A model generated the notes under the pieces. That model did no database searches and was not told where the DNA came from. It worked only from the letters and a program-made list of their open reading frames with translations. Below, in pieces: positions 15,661 through 25,600 of a stretch of DNA of 51,123 nucleotides; the stretch's first letter is position 1, and every line of letters starts with the position of its first letter. The position numbers and the translations under genes are program-made. Location: NCBI GenBank assembly GCA_013336285.1, contig JAAXTX010000005.1, positions 1-51,123 on the forward strand, read 5' to 3'. Source of the DNA: Candidatus Moraniibacteriota bacterium. Its GTDB lineage: Bacteria > Patescibacteriota > Minisyncoccia > Moranbacterales > UBA1568.

Positions 15661-17229
15661 ATGCGGCTCATCCTCCGCTCCCGTCCATTTTTCTGGACCA
15701 TGCTCGTTCTCATCATGCTCACGGGAGGAATCATCCGCTGGTACGATATCGACAAACTCCCGTCCGGTCTCTACCCGGACGAAGCGATGAACGGCACGAA
15801 CGCGCTTGAAGCCAACCGGACCGGAGACTATAAGATCTTCTATCCCGACAATCAGGGTCGCGAGGGACTTTTTATCAATATTCAGGCGCTTTCGGTCAAA
15901 GCCTTCGGAGCGAACATTCCCGCACTCAAGCTTCCTTCCGTCATATTCGGCATGCTCGCCATCCTCGGAATAGGCCTTCTTGCCTGGGAGTTGTTTCGAA
16001 GCCGATATGCAGCACTTATCGCCGCATTTCTCACGGCGACCTCATACTGGGCAATCAATTTCTCCCGAATCGGCTTCCGAGCCATCATGGTCCCGTTCAT
16101 CCTGTCATTCGCGTTCTATTTCTTTTTCAGGGGCCTCAGAAAAGAGAAATTCATTCCATTCGCCCTATCGGGGCTCTTTTTCGGAGCGGGTCTCAATACC
16201 TATACCGCCTATCGTCTCGCACCGTTCATACTGATTCTGCTCATCCCTTTCCTCTTCCTCTCTTACGAGTCCTTCCTGAAACGTTTCTGGAAACACGCGC
16301 TTATGTTCATCGTCGCCGCCGCAATCACGGCCGCACCGATGTTCTACGAGTTCGTGAGTCATCCGGAGATATTCTCATCCCGATCGGCCGCGGTCTCCGT
16401 ATTTTCGCCGGAGATAAACCGCGGAAATCTCTGGGGAACGCTTACTAAGACCGTCGGGCTCTCCCTTATCAAATACAACTTCGTCGGCGACCAGAACTGG
16501 CGACACAATTACCCGCCGTATCCGATACTCGACCCGATTGCCGGGATCTTCTTCCTCGCAGGACTCATCTTCTCCGTCAAGATGTTCCTCCAGCTTCTCT
16601 GGAATCGGTTCCGTACAAAAGACCATGACGTCGAGCTTTCAGTCCACGCTTTCCTCCTCCTTGCATTTTTCATAATGCTCGCACCGGAATTCCTGACAAA
16701 CGAAGGTCTCCCGCATGCGCTTCGCTCCATCGGGACCCAGCCGGCAGTATTCCTCCTGGCAACCATTCCGATCCTCTTCCTATTCAGGAAACTCGCACAG
16801 GCGAAAGGTGGGACCAAAGTCGCTATCATGCTCTCGCTCTCACTCGTACTCGCGACGTCAGCCATGTGGAACATCACCAAATATTTCGTATTTTTCCGGA
16901 ATCGCCCCGAGCAACACGCATCGTTCAACGAGAATTTCACGAACATGGCGACCTATCTCGTTTCACTCCCGAAAGAAACGCATAAGTATGTCATCCCCGA
17001 AAACGGTATCGCCGTCCAACCGATCGTCTTCTTGACGAACGGTCTGACGGAAAACCTCGAGGTCGTGAGTGGCAGCACGACATTCCGGTCCCCGGCCATT
17101 CTCATTCCACAACACTACGACCCACAGATCATCGGAAACATCCGCACATATTCACCGGCCGCATACGAGACCGACATAGACCTTGACCCGGGGTTCGGTA
17201 CCGGTTTCAAAGCGATTATGATTCCATAA
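15661..17229 (+). CDS. GT-C fold glycosyltransferase, ArnT/PMT (GT39/GT83)-like, paralogue 1
   Basis: 522 aa and polytopic. First-loop motif LYPDEAMNGTNALE (the DE motif of lipid-phosphate-sugar dependent GT-C enzymes). Confidence 0.8.
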   Translation: MRLILRSRPFFWTMLVLIMLTGGIIRWYDIDKLPSGLYPDEAMNGTNALEANRTGDYKIFYPDNQGREGLFINIQALSVKAFGANIPALKLPSVIFGMLAILGIGLLAWELFRSRYAALIAAFLTATSYWAINFSRIGFRAIMVPFILSFAFYFFFRGLRKEKFIPFALSGLFFGAGLNTYTAYRLAPFILILLIPFLFLSYESFLKRFWKHALMFIVAAAITAAPMFYEFVSHPEIFSSRSAAVSVFSPEINRGNLWGTLTKTVGLSLIKYNFVGDQNWRHNYPPYPILDPIAGIFFLAGLIFSVKMFLQLLWNRFRTKDHDVELSVHAFLLLAFFIMLAPEFLTNEGLPHALRSIGTQPAVFLLATIPILFLFRKLAQAKGGTKVAIMLSLSLVLATSAMWNITKYFVFFRNRPEQHASFNENFTNMATYLVSLPKETHKYVIPENGIAVQPIVFLTNGLTENLEVVSGSTTFRSPAILIPQHYDPQIIGNIRTYSPAAYETDIDLDPGFGTGFKAIMIP

Positions 17230-17370
17230 AAGAAAACCGCGAGCAAGTCCGAGAAATCGCAAATGCACACCATCGAGAATTGGAACTCTTCCCTGATCCT
17301 CTTCACCGTTAGTGCCAATCGTTCCATTATTCCCCGTGAGCCGCTAATCGTTCCCGTTATCTGACATCTT

Positions 17371-19260
17371 ATGGACCATATCAAGAAACATGCGCGACTC
17401 CTGGTCACACTCATGCTGATGGGATATTTTTTCCTTTCGCTGTCACTCGCATGGCAGGAATCGACGACTTTCGACGAGAAAGCCCATACCCCGGCTGCCT
17501 ATTCATACGTCCGTTTCGGGGATATGCGTATCAATCCGGAACACCCTCCCCTATTGAAGGATCTCGCCGGAATCCCCCTCCAATTCATGAGTCTTTCCTT
17601 TCCAACCGATTCCACGGAGTGGCGAAGCGGGATAAACGAGCAATGGACAATAGGCGACCGGTTCCTCTCCGGAAGCGGCAACGACGGGGAATGGGTCATG
17701 TTCTGGGCCCGATTCCCCATAATCCTTGTCGCACTTCTGCTCGGATTCCTCATATACCGCTTCACCAAGGAACTCGCGGGTACCGTCGCCGGGCTGTTCG
17801 CGCTACTTATGTATGTCGCTGATCCGAACGTAATCGCGCACGGACACTACGTCACGACAGACCTCGGCATCGCAGCCGCCATTTTCCTCGCCCTTATCTT
17901 CTTTCTCAGGTTCCTCCGGACTCCGGATCCGAAGAACACGTTTCTCTTCGGTATCTTCCTCGGAATCGCGCAGCTGACGAAGTTCTCTGCGGTTCTCCTT
18001 TTCCCTTATATCGCCCTCGTCATACTCATCTATGCGCTTACCCGTCCGAAGCCGGATAAGATCCATACGTCGCGTTTCGCCTTCTCCATGAAGCAACTGT
18101 TCTCGTACATCCTGCTCTACATCGCCGCGATCATCATCTGTTTCATAGTCGTTTGGGCCCTATATTTCCTCAACACAATAAATGAACCCGGCACGAAGAT
18201 CGCCGAGAACGCACAATTCGTCTTCTCGCAGGACAATCTGGCCGCACAGTTCGCCGCCTCCACGGTCACGACACTGTCCGGTTCAATCTTCGGTAAACCG
18301 TTCGCGCAGTATCTCCTCGGAGTTTTCATGGTATTCGCACGCGTCGCAGGCGGCAATACGCATTACTTCCTCGGCGAGGTCACGAACCAGGCAAGTCCCT
18401 GGTATTTCCCTGTCGTCTTCATGACCAAGGAGACGATTCCTTTTCTGTTCCTTCTCTTCTCCACCGCGACGTACACCCTCTTCCGTATCGGGAGATCATT
18501 CACCGAAACGTCGACTCGGAAATGGCACGCCTTGATCGCGCATTCTTTCCAAACCCATATCTCACAATACGCGATGTTCGGCTTCGCCGCATTCTATGCG
18601 ATCATAAGCATCACGGGTAACCTCAATATCGGTTTCCGACATCTGTTCCCCATATTACCGTTCCTCTACGTCCTCATCGCGAAAGTCGTATTCGATTTCA
18701 TGCGCCGAAAGGGGTTCCAAGGAGAACACGCTTCCCGCGCGGCGCTCCTGCTGATCTCCCTCTGGATATTCTTCATACCCGTCCTCACCTACCCTTCCTA
18801 TCTTTCATATTTCAACGAGGCTTCGGGAAGTCATAAAAACGGATATCAGATCGTCACCGATTCCAACTATGACTGGGGACAGGACCTGAAACGACTCCGC
18901 GACTTCACTGACGAATTCAACACCTGCAAATCCCCGACTGCCGACCGTTATACCTGCTCGAAGTTCGATAATATCAGCCAATACCCGAAAATCGACAAGA
19001 TACGCATGGCATATTTCGGCGGGGCTGATCCGGCATACTACCTCGGCGACAAGTACGTGCAGTGGTATGCCGATTGGGGTCGTCGGTCCGGATGGCAGGC
19101 CATCTCGGTCAATTCTTGGCAGGAAAGCCTGTACCAAGCCAATCCGACCGGAAGGGAAACCTACCAGTGGATCATAGACGGCGACTATCCTATAGCCTGG
19201 CGTGCCGGGGACTCCATCCTCGTCTATTACATTCCGAGGAGTGAAGATACGCAACGGTAG
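17371..19260 (+). CDS. GT-C fold glycosyltransferase, ArnT/PMT-like, paralogue 2
   Basis: 629 aa and polytopic. TTFDEKAHTPAAYSY loop motif and a C-terminal soluble domain (SNYDWGQDLKRL...). Confidence 0.8.
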   Translation: MDHIKKHARLLVTLMLMGYFFLSLSLAWQESTTFDEKAHTPAAYSYVRFGDMRINPEHPPLLKDLAGIPLQFMSLSFPTDSTEWRSGINEQWTIGDRFLSGSGNDGEWVMFWARFPIILVALLLGFLIYRFTKELAGTVAGLFALLMYVADPNVIAHGHYVTTDLGIAAAIFLALIFFLRFLRTPDPKNTFLFGIFLGIAQLTKFSAVLLFPYIALVILIYALTRPKPDKIHTSRFAFSMKQLFSYILLYIAAIIICFIVVWALYFLNTINEPGTKIAENAQFVFSQDNLAAQFAASTVTTLSGSIFGKPFAQYLLGVFMVFARVAGGNTHYFLGEVTNQASPWYFPVVFMTKETIPFLFLLFSTATYTLFRIGRSFTETSTRKWHALIAHSFQTHISQYAMFGFAAFYAIISITGNLNIGFRHLFPILPFLYVLIAKVVFDFMRRKGFQGEHASRAALLLISLWIFFIPVLTYPSYLSYFNEASGSHKNGYQIVTDSNYDWGQDLKRLRDFTDEFNTCKSPTADRYTCSKFDNISQYPKIDKIRMAYFGGADPAYYLGDKYVQWYADWGRRSGWQAISVNSWQESLYQANPTGRETYQWIIDGDYPIAWRAGDSILVYYIPRSEDTQR

Positions 19261-19372
19261 ACCACTGTCCCTCAAGCAAAACGGATTCCTGCAAGAGTTC
19301 GTTTTACTTTCCGCCGGAACGTATCCGACTCCTGGAAACTCGATAGATACGATATCAACGTTGGACATTTCG

Positions 19373-19401
19373 TAAATAAAAAGATGGAGCAACGCTCCAT
19401 C
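19373..19401 (-). terminator. Rho-independent terminator of the 132-aa membrane protein gene
   Basis: Minus strand GATGGAGC-gtt-GCTCCATC followed by TTTTTATTT. Confidence 0.7.
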
Positions 19402-19453
19402 CAGAATATTCGACTTCATCGGGTCGGATTCCCCCATACGATCGCGAATCATG

Positions 19454-19852
19454 TCAGCCCATTTTTTCTTCCATTCGCTTCAGCGATTTCCGGACTTTGT
19501 CCAGTTGTCTCTTTAGAAAAGTGCTGCCCTTCCATTGCCGTACTCCGTCCGAAAAAGCCAGATAACCCGCGCGGGCGAATATAACTATCAGAACGACAGC
19601 TAACAGGAAGTAAATGAAAGCCAGCATATGGTTGACACCCCACACGTACGAGTAACCGACGAGGAACAGACACACAACGAAGGTATACAGTGATCCCCAT
19701 GCGAAACTCCTGCATGCCGCCAGTCTTATACTCAGGACGGCGCGCCATGAAAGTAAACCGAGTTGTCGGGAAGATGGGATCGGCAACTCTTCACTACTGG
19801 GCTTCTCCGGATCTTTCGATGGGCCCGATGAATCGACGCTCTGTTTATTCAT
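19454..19852 (-). CDS. Hypothetical small membrane protein (132 aa)
   Basis: GGAGG SD (ggaggtaata-ATG). Two to three hydrophobic segments (LYTFVVCLFLVGYSYVW, MLAFIYFLLAVVLIVIFA) and a basic C-terminus. Has its own terminator. Confidence 0.7.
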   Translation of the reverse strand: MNKQSVDSSGPSKDPEKPSSEELPIPSSRQLGLLSWRAVLSIRLAACRSFAWGSLYTFVVCLFLVGYSYVWGVNHMLAFIYFLLAVVLIVIFARAGYLAFSDGVRQWKGSTFLKRQLDKVRKSLKRMEEKMG

Positions 19853-19956
19853 TATTACCTCCGATATTGATGGTTATTCAAGGGCAGTATCGCAACGTTA
19901 TGATATTTCCCCGCTCTCGTCAATGATCTGTCGATTCATACCGAACGAGGTCGATT

Positions 19957-20187
19957 TCAAGACCCTGTCTTATCCCGATCGCGACGTTTAGGTACATTTC
20001 CTGAATTGACCTTGTCATCCGAGCACTTTTGACAAGATGCCGTTTTCGCGATACGATACATGGTCACTTTATGCTCTTTTACAATTTCCCGATCCGCTTT
20101 CCATATTTCGCGGAAAACGGGAGGAATGACGAGAACGTCATAAACGATACGATCCTGACAATTTTCATACCTGACATAACAGAACAT
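19957..20187 (-). CDS. Possible small Cys-containing protein (76 aa), weak call
   Basis: ORF in an AT-rich gap from the internal ATG (MFCYVRYENCQDR...CQKCSDDK...). No SD and no recognisable family. Confidence 0.25.
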   Translation of the reverse strand: MFCYVRYENCQDRIVYDVLVIPPVFREIWKADREIVKEHKVTMYRIAKTASCQKCSDDKVNSGNVPKRRDRDKTGS

Positions 20188-20209
20188 TAATAACAAAAGG
20201 AGGACGACT

Positions 20210-20797
20210 ATGCGAAAAAAACGGAAAGCGACCGTACGCGACATCATCAATCCCGCAACCGGAAAACCGGATCTGACCGGAGCCATGCGTCACGCAGTCG
20301 AAAAGTTGAACAGGGAAACGGACCTCGGCGATGGCACCGTATACCATACGCTTCACGGATCGATGACTGAACGCCTCAAGATATTCGGCTTCCTTGGCAC
20401 CCACCTTCCAACTTTCCTGCTTCTGACGCAGGAGATCGGTGTCTTGCGTCTCCTTCGGGAAGGCAAGAAAACAATCTGGCAGGTATGCAGCATCGATCTT
20501 TTCGACGGCTTTCTGTCGCCGCCGGAAATGGTCATCGAGCGGGCGATTCTGAAGGTCGGACATCGTCATCGTTCGAACACAAACACCCCTCGTGACAACA
20601 AGCCCGATGAGGCACCGTCACCACTCGGTCCGAAGACTCTCGAGGCAGTCGCCAAGATAATCGCCGAAAACGATCGGCTAAAACTGGAAGGATCGCAAAT
20701 CCGGGAAGAAATCAACAGGCTCCGGGAAGAGGCGGGCGCAGGCAAGCAGGACGAAAAACTTGCACGGATGGTCAGAAAGCTGACCGAAGGAACCTGA
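20210..20797 (+). CDS. Hypothetical protein with a C-terminal coiled coil (195 aa)
   Basis: Strong SD AAAGGAGGA 6 nt before the ATG. C-ending codon bias matches the other genes, and a terminator follows. Preferred over the antisense ORF 20165-20569. Confidence 0.65.
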   Translation: MRKKRKATVRDIINPATGKPDLTGAMRHAVEKLNRETDLGDGTVYHTLHGSMTERLKIFGFLGTHLPTFLLLTQEIGVLRLLREGKKTIWQVCSIDLFDGFLSPPEMVIERAILKVGHRHRSNTNTPRDNKPDEAPSPLGPKTLEAVAKIIAENDRLKLEGSQIREEINRLREEAGAGKQDEKLARMVRKLTEGT

Positions 20798-20824
20798 ACC
20801 TTCCATGGAAAGTGACAACGAAAC

Positions 20825-20857
20825 GAGCCGGGCGTCATCGACCCCGGCTTTTTTATT
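20825..20857 (+). terminator. Rho-independent terminator
   Basis: AGCCGGG-cgtcatcgac-CCCGGCT followed by TTTTTTATTTT. Confidence 0.8.
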
Positions 20858-20988
20858 TTCACCGACGATTCGACCGGCTCGCATCCTATCCGTATCGAGC
20901 ACGTTCGCTACCGATCCGGTTGCACGTTTTTCGCCTGATGGTACGATAGAGATGAGCCGACGGTTTCCATAACAGATAATACAAACCG

Positions 20989-22467
20989 ATGAAAAAGTCA
21001 TATCTGATGATCGACGAAGAAGCGGTCTCTTGGCTGCTGCTAACCGTCATCGTGCTGGCCGGATTGGCATTCCGTCTTTCACCGATGCTCTGGACCCGGG
21101 ACTTCTGGTATGACGAAGCATTCACCGGCGTCCTACTCAAAAGCCCATGGGGAGAGATGAACCGGATGATCTTCGCCGACGTGCATCCTCCGCTTTATTA
21201 CTGGCTGGCCAAGCCGATCGCGTCGCTCTTCGGTTATTCCCCATTCGGCATCCGCCTGCTTTCGGTATTCGCAAGTATGGCCGGACTGCTTTCGATCAAT
21301 TGGATCGGTAAGAAAATGTTTTCCTGGCAAACGGGCCTCATGGCATCGATTTTTTTCGCTTTCTCCCCTTTCGCGATCCAATACGCGCAGGAAGCACGCA
21401 TGTACGCCGTGTTCGGGCTGTTCATGCTCTGGTCCGCGTGGTTCTTCTACCGAGCCCTTTCCGAGAACCGTACGCGGGATTGGGTGCTCTGGGGCATATT
21501 CGGGGGGCTGTCATTTTTGACACACTACCTGTCATTGTTCTTCTTCCTTACCTTTTATGGCGTATTCGTCGCATGGCGTATCGTCTTCGATCGGAAAAAC
21601 AAATGGGCGGCATTTCTCGGAGAACGGGGTTTCTGGATCGGAACGGGGACGATACTCATATTCTTCCTCGCCTGGGTCAAGATCTTCATCGCTCACATGA
21701 TGAAGGGCAATCTCGGATGGATCGATCCGACCTATCTCTCCACGCTCCCGTCCACCCTGCAGATCTTCCTATTCGGCCATCCTCCGGGAACCGGCGGGAT
21801 GCCGTCCTCGAACGCGTTCCGTTATTTCTTCGACGGTTCAACCGCGGGGTTGCTCCTGATGGTCCTTGTCGCGGTCCTTATCGCGCTGAACTGGAAGAAC
21901 GATCGTAAGCGTAAGGAATCATTGTTCCTCTCGGGCATGTCGTTCGGAGTGATGATACTTCTCATCGTCCTCTCCCACCTCGATATCAAGCTCTACGTCG
22001 CACGCTATTTCATGCCGGTTGCGATGATGATGTATATTCTCCTTTCAGGATCGATCCTGACCGCCTTCGGAGAAAAAAGGGGCATTTATTGGACCGCATT
22101 CGTCTTCCTTTCGATGATCCTCCTACTAAAACCGATTCCCTACGATACCGACTGGAATCAGATATCCGAGCTCAGGAAATCAGGAGACCTCGGAAGCGGC
22201 ATCATCATCGCCTCGGACGCTTTCGCTTATTCAACGGCACGATACTATTTCGGCGAGGATGCCGTACGTTACTATAACAAGAACAACCCCCAAGAAGATT
22301 TCTCCGGATGGGTGATTGTCGGAAACGAGAACCGGATAGGAAGTACGGATTCCTTGGAAAAAATACAAGGGGGTAACATCGTCGACCAGACCTGCGATTG
22401 GTCCGGATTGAGGCTGAAAGAGATTGCTCGGACAAGAAGGCTTTCTGTCTGCCGGATCGAGCCGTAG
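20989..22467 (+). CDS. GT-C fold glycosyltransferase, ArnT/PMT-like, paralogue 3
   Basis: 492 aa and polytopic. RDFWYDEAFTG loop motif. Confidence 0.8.
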   Translation: MKKSYLMIDEEAVSWLLLTVIVLAGLAFRLSPMLWTRDFWYDEAFTGVLLKSPWGEMNRMIFADVHPPLYYWLAKPIASLFGYSPFGIRLLSVFASMAGLLSINWIGKKMFSWQTGLMASIFFAFSPFAIQYAQEARMYAVFGLFMLWSAWFFYRALSENRTRDWVLWGIFGGLSFLTHYLSLFFFLTFYGVFVAWRIVFDRKNKWAAFLGERGFWIGTGTILIFFLAWVKIFIAHMMKGNLGWIDPTYLSTLPSTLQIFLFGHPPGTGGMPSSNAFRYFFDGSTAGLLLMVLVAVLIALNWKNDRKRKESLFLSGMSFGVMILLIVLSHLDIKLYVARYFMPVAMMMYILLSGSILTAFGEKRGIYWTAFVFLSMILLLKPIPYDTDWNQISELRKSGDLGSGIIIASDAFAYSTARYYFGEDAVRYYNKNNPQEDFSGWVIVGNENRIGSTDSLEKIQGGNIVDQTCDWSGLRLKEIARTRRLSVCRIEP

Positions 22468-22472
22468 AAATT

Positions 22473-22502
22473 GGAAAACCCGCCGCTATCGGCGGGTTTT
22501 CC
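22473..22502. terminator. Bidirectional terminator between GT-C paralogue 3 and ftsQ
   Basis: GGAAAACCCGCC-gctatc-GGCGGGTTTTCC. A perfect 12-bp stem. Confidence 0.85.
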
Positions 22503-22529
22503 TCATCACTTTCGAAGAGCGCCGTCAGG

Positions 22530-23504
22530 TCACTTTTTTTTCGCCTTATCTTCCCGTTTCGTTTCAGGCACGGGATCTGCGGTCTGTTCCTGCTGCATGC
22601 TCTCCCCATCCTGAGCAGACCCTTCATTCCGGTAAGCCACAAACGCTCGTCCGTCGGTCCGGAGATCTACATATCGAAGACTCGACCGCTTTTCCTCAGG
22701 AATCTCTTTCTCCAAAACAAGACGGAGCGTGCGAACCGTCTTTACGGGATCCCTATCGATCGACACCATGATATCCCACCCGGCTTCCGTCGTGAAACGG
22801 AGTTCGTTTGATACGCGTGCGGGTGTCGTGGCCGTAGTCCGAAGCGAAATACCGGCTTCCCCTTCTATCCCCTCTTCCGTCCGAAGAACGGCATCGGGAT
22901 ATCCGCTACCGAACAACTTATCACCGATTTTGACAGGCCGGTTACCTTCATCCTCTACGCGAAGTATGAACGGGTCGTTTTCAGGAAGATACGCAAACGC
23001 GGCATCGGTCGCTTTTCCGTCACGATCAGGCAGGAAACAATCACCCGAACAGAACAAGAAGATGCGACTCCGTTCGGAAACGATGATGTCAATCTCGTTC
23101 GGGAACCGTTTCACGATCCGGACCGAAGAAAGCTTAGGAAACCTGCGAAGGATATCTTCCGAAAGCTCATCCTGCCGAAGAAGGAAAAAATTATCAAGAG
23201 GAATGAACGACAATGTCTTCCTTGCGAGCTCCTCACGGACAAATCCGGACAACCTGTCTTCGGGAATATCCCGAAGACCGGACACGGAAACCACCGTCAA
23301 TCGGTCAAATTCCGAAAAGAGGAGCGTGTAGGTCAAAATCCCGAAGAAAACTACCCACAAGACGGCAACCCACCAAGGGAACCCGTAAGGCTCCGCGGTC
23401 CGTTTCGGACGTTTTTTCTTTTTTTCTTCGAGAAACGCCTCCCGGAACATACTGTTCCGGTTCGAATCCCGGCTCGGTTTCCTCTTCTTTTTATTTTTGA
23501 ACAT
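22530..23504 (-). CDS. ftsQ: Cell division protein FtsQ/DivIB-like (POTRA domain)
   Basis: Basic N-terminus, one TM (WWVAVLWVVFFGILTYTLLF), then LTVVSVSGLRDIPEDRLSGFVREEL, typical of the FtsQ POTRA start. Confidence 0.7.
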   Translation of the reverse strand: MFKNKKKRKPSRDSNRNSMFREAFLEEKKKKRPKRTAEPYGFPWWVAVLWVVFFGILTYTLLFSEFDRLTVVSVSGLRDIPEDRLSGFVREELARKTLSFIPLDNFFLLRQDELSEDILRRFPKLSSVRIVKRFPNEIDIIVSERSRIFLFCSGDCFLPDRDGKATDAAFAYLPENDPFILRVEDEGNRPVKIGDKLFGSGYPDAVLRTEEGIEGEAGISLRTTATTPARVSNELRFTTEAGWDIMVSIDRDPVKTVRTLRLVLEKEIPEEKRSSLRYVDLRTDGRAFVAYRNEGSAQDGESMQQEQTADPVPETKREDKAKKK

Positions 23505-23507
23505 ACG

Positions 23508-24395
23508 CTACAGGGAGACGAGAAAAAGCCGGTCGATCGCGAGCCGCGGATTCGCATTCGTCTCACGGAGCGTCCTGACCGTCCCTTCGACCTCTTCAAG
23601 AAAGCGGAACGCGGACGAAAGCTTGCCCGCATCCGACTCGTTTCTTTTCATGAACCGGAGACCGGATACCCACCATTCCAAAAGGCACACCGCCTCGGGA
23701 ACCGATTCGGATATCTTCTCGGAGAGGGAAAGTCGCTCGGCCATGGAGAGCGAGGAAATCCTGAAGAGCGAACGCAGATTGTCGCGTCGCGCAGCAAAAC
23801 GTACCGGATCCGCGAGAGCCCCGAACACGATACCCGGCCGGCCGAGCGACAAAAAAAACGGTTCCACATCGATAGGAGCGTCCATCCCGAACGCCGATTC
23901 CATTCCGGATCGTATGACCGCCTCCGGAACAAGCGTAAGCGGGACGCGGAATGAGCGGGAACGGATTGTCTCGCGAATGGCTCCCGGCCGGGACGAGACA
24001 AGAATCAGTACCGAGGTCCCGTTCGGCTCCTCGAGCGGTTTCAATATCGCGTTCTGTGCCGATTCACTCATCGCGTCTGCGTCATCTATCATAAGAACAC
24101 GTCTTGGAGCTTCAGCCGGAAACCGACTCAGAAACTTCGCCGCCTCGCGCACCTCACCAACCTGGATGCCGGCCTTTCCGCCTTCTTTCGACGATGACGG
24201 CCGTATCAGTCGGAAATCCTGTTTCCCTGACGCATCTTCTCCCGGAATCCCGAGTAATCCGGAGGCGAACTCGAGTGCGACCAAAGATTTTCCGATACCT
24301 TCCGGACCGGAAAACAGAAACGCATGATGAGGCAAACCGGCGGAAACTATTTTTCCGAGAAATTCCCTCTGCCGATCATGTCCGATGATATTCAT
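23508..24395 (-). CDS. holB: DNA polymerase III delta-prime subunit
   Basis: MNIIGHDRQREFL...LPHHAFLFSGPEGIGKSLVALEFA, LMIDDADAMSESAQNAILKPLEEP. AAA+ clamp-loader pattern. Confidence 0.85.
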   Translation of the reverse strand: MNIIGHDRQREFLGKIVSAGLPHHAFLFSGPEGIGKSLVALEFASGLLGIPGEDASGKQDFRLIRPSSSKEGGKAGIQVGEVREAAKFLSRFPAEAPRRVLMIDDADAMSESAQNAILKPLEEPNGTSVLILVSSRPGAIRETIRSRSFRVPLTLVPEAVIRSGMESAFGMDAPIDVEPFFLSLGRPGIVFGALADPVRFAARRDNLRSLFRISSLSMAERLSLSEKISESVPEAVCLLEWWVSGLRFMKRNESDAGKLSSAFRFLEEVEGTVRTLRETNANPRLAIDRLFLVSL

Positions 24396-25537
24396 ACCCG
24401 TTCAGTGTCCGAACCGGCACCGGCGAGAACCTTCCGCCATTCCGACAGGAACCGTTCCTCGGAAAAACGTTCCCGTGTCGCTTCCAGATCGATATGATAC
24501 GCGTCATTTCCACGATCAATGAACATCCGTACGGCCGCCGCGATCACTTCCGGCGTCGCCGCACGGAAAAATTCCCCGGTCTTCCTTTCCTTGATCACCT
24601 CAAGCGATCCTCCCTGATCAAGAGAGATGACCGGCGTCCCGAATGAGATCGCTTCCGCGGCCGCTAGTCCGAAATCCTCTTCCGACGGGACGATGACCGC
24701 TCTGGCCCGCACATAAAGCGAAGCGAGCGTCGCGTCATCGACGGCTCCCTCGAACCGTACCGACTTTCCGGCATGACGTTCGAGCCGTGCCCGCTCCCGT
24801 CCCTCCCCGACGATACGCAGGGGAAGCCCGAGCTTGTCGAACGCATCCATCGCCGCATCCACTCCCTTGCTCTCAGTCAGTCTCGCGACGATAAGAAAGA
24901 AGTCTTCCCGAGAATCAGACCCGGGAACTCCCGGAAACCGACCCGCCAAAGCGACCGGTGGCAGGATGACCGCCGATTCCCGGCGATAGTATTTGGAAAC
25001 ACGTGCTCGCGTATATTCGGAATTGGAAACCAACATGTCCGGTCGCTCGGCCGCCTCCCGGTCCCACACTCGGAGGTAGGAAAGAAGCAACCTCCCGAAA
25101 AATCGACGACCTATTCCGGCCCTGACGATATCGAAGTACCGTTCGTTCGCGTCCCACAGATACCGCATCGGCGAGTGAAGGTAGGCGATATGCGTCGTTC
25201 GAAGCCGCGTCACGATGCCCTTTGACCAGGCTCCGGACGACGAAATGACGGTATCGAAATCACGGAAGTCCATCGACTCTGCGGCGACCGCAAAAAAAGG
25301 AAGTAACCAACGGTACCGCTTCCGTACGAATCGCGGCATTTTTTGGAGAAACGATGTCCGGATGTCTCTTTCCGGAAATCGTTCGCGAACGATCCTTTCA
25401 TCCGCAAGCAACACGAATATCGGCGCCTTCGGATCGAGTTTAATAAGACTCTCAAGCACGCGCTCGGCACCGCCGTACGAAACGAGAAAATCATGAACGA
25501 AGGCTATCCCTCTTTTCGGCTCTTGACTCTTATCCAT
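24392..25537 (-). CDS. Glycosyltransferase family 4 (GT-B)
   Basis: IAFVHDFLVSYGGAERV N-terminus and C-terminal EDFGLAAAEAISFGTPVI (E-x7-E type motif). ATGA overlap with holB. Confidence 0.8.
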   Translation of the reverse strand: MDKSQEPKRGIAFVHDFLVSYGGAERVLESLIKLDPKAPIFVLLADERIVRERFPERDIRTSFLQKMPRFVRKRYRWLLPFFAVAAESMDFRDFDTVISSSGAWSKGIVTRLRTTHIAYLHSPMRYLWDANERYFDIVRAGIGRRFFGRLLLSYLRVWDREAAERPDMLVSNSEYTRARVSKYYRRESAVILPPVALAGRFPGVPGSDSREDFFLIVARLTESKGVDAAMDAFDKLGLPLRIVGEGRERARLERHAGKSVRFEGAVDDATLASLYVRARAVIVPSEEDFGLAAAEAISFGTPVISLDQGGSLEVIKERKTGEFFRAATPEVIAAAVRMFIDRGNDAYHIDLEATRERFSEERFLSEWRKVLAGAGSDTERV

Positions 25538-25600
25538 AGAATTGCTATCGTCGCCGGTTACCTTTCAGTCGATTTAACAACCAACAAGCACGGAGGAAAC

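Noticed and set aside
18805-19452. A 215-aa minus-strand ORF starting 1 nt after the stop of the 132-aa membrane protein gene.
   Set aside because: It runs through a good terminator (19373-19401). It also overlaps 456 nt of the well-supported C-terminal domain of the convergent GT-C gene.
20165-20569. A 134-aa minus-strand ORF antisense to the 195-aa CDS.
   Set aside because: The plus-strand gene has a strong, correctly spaced SD, host-like C-ending codon usage and a downstream terminator. The minus ORF has only a distant weak SD. Low residual doubt remains.
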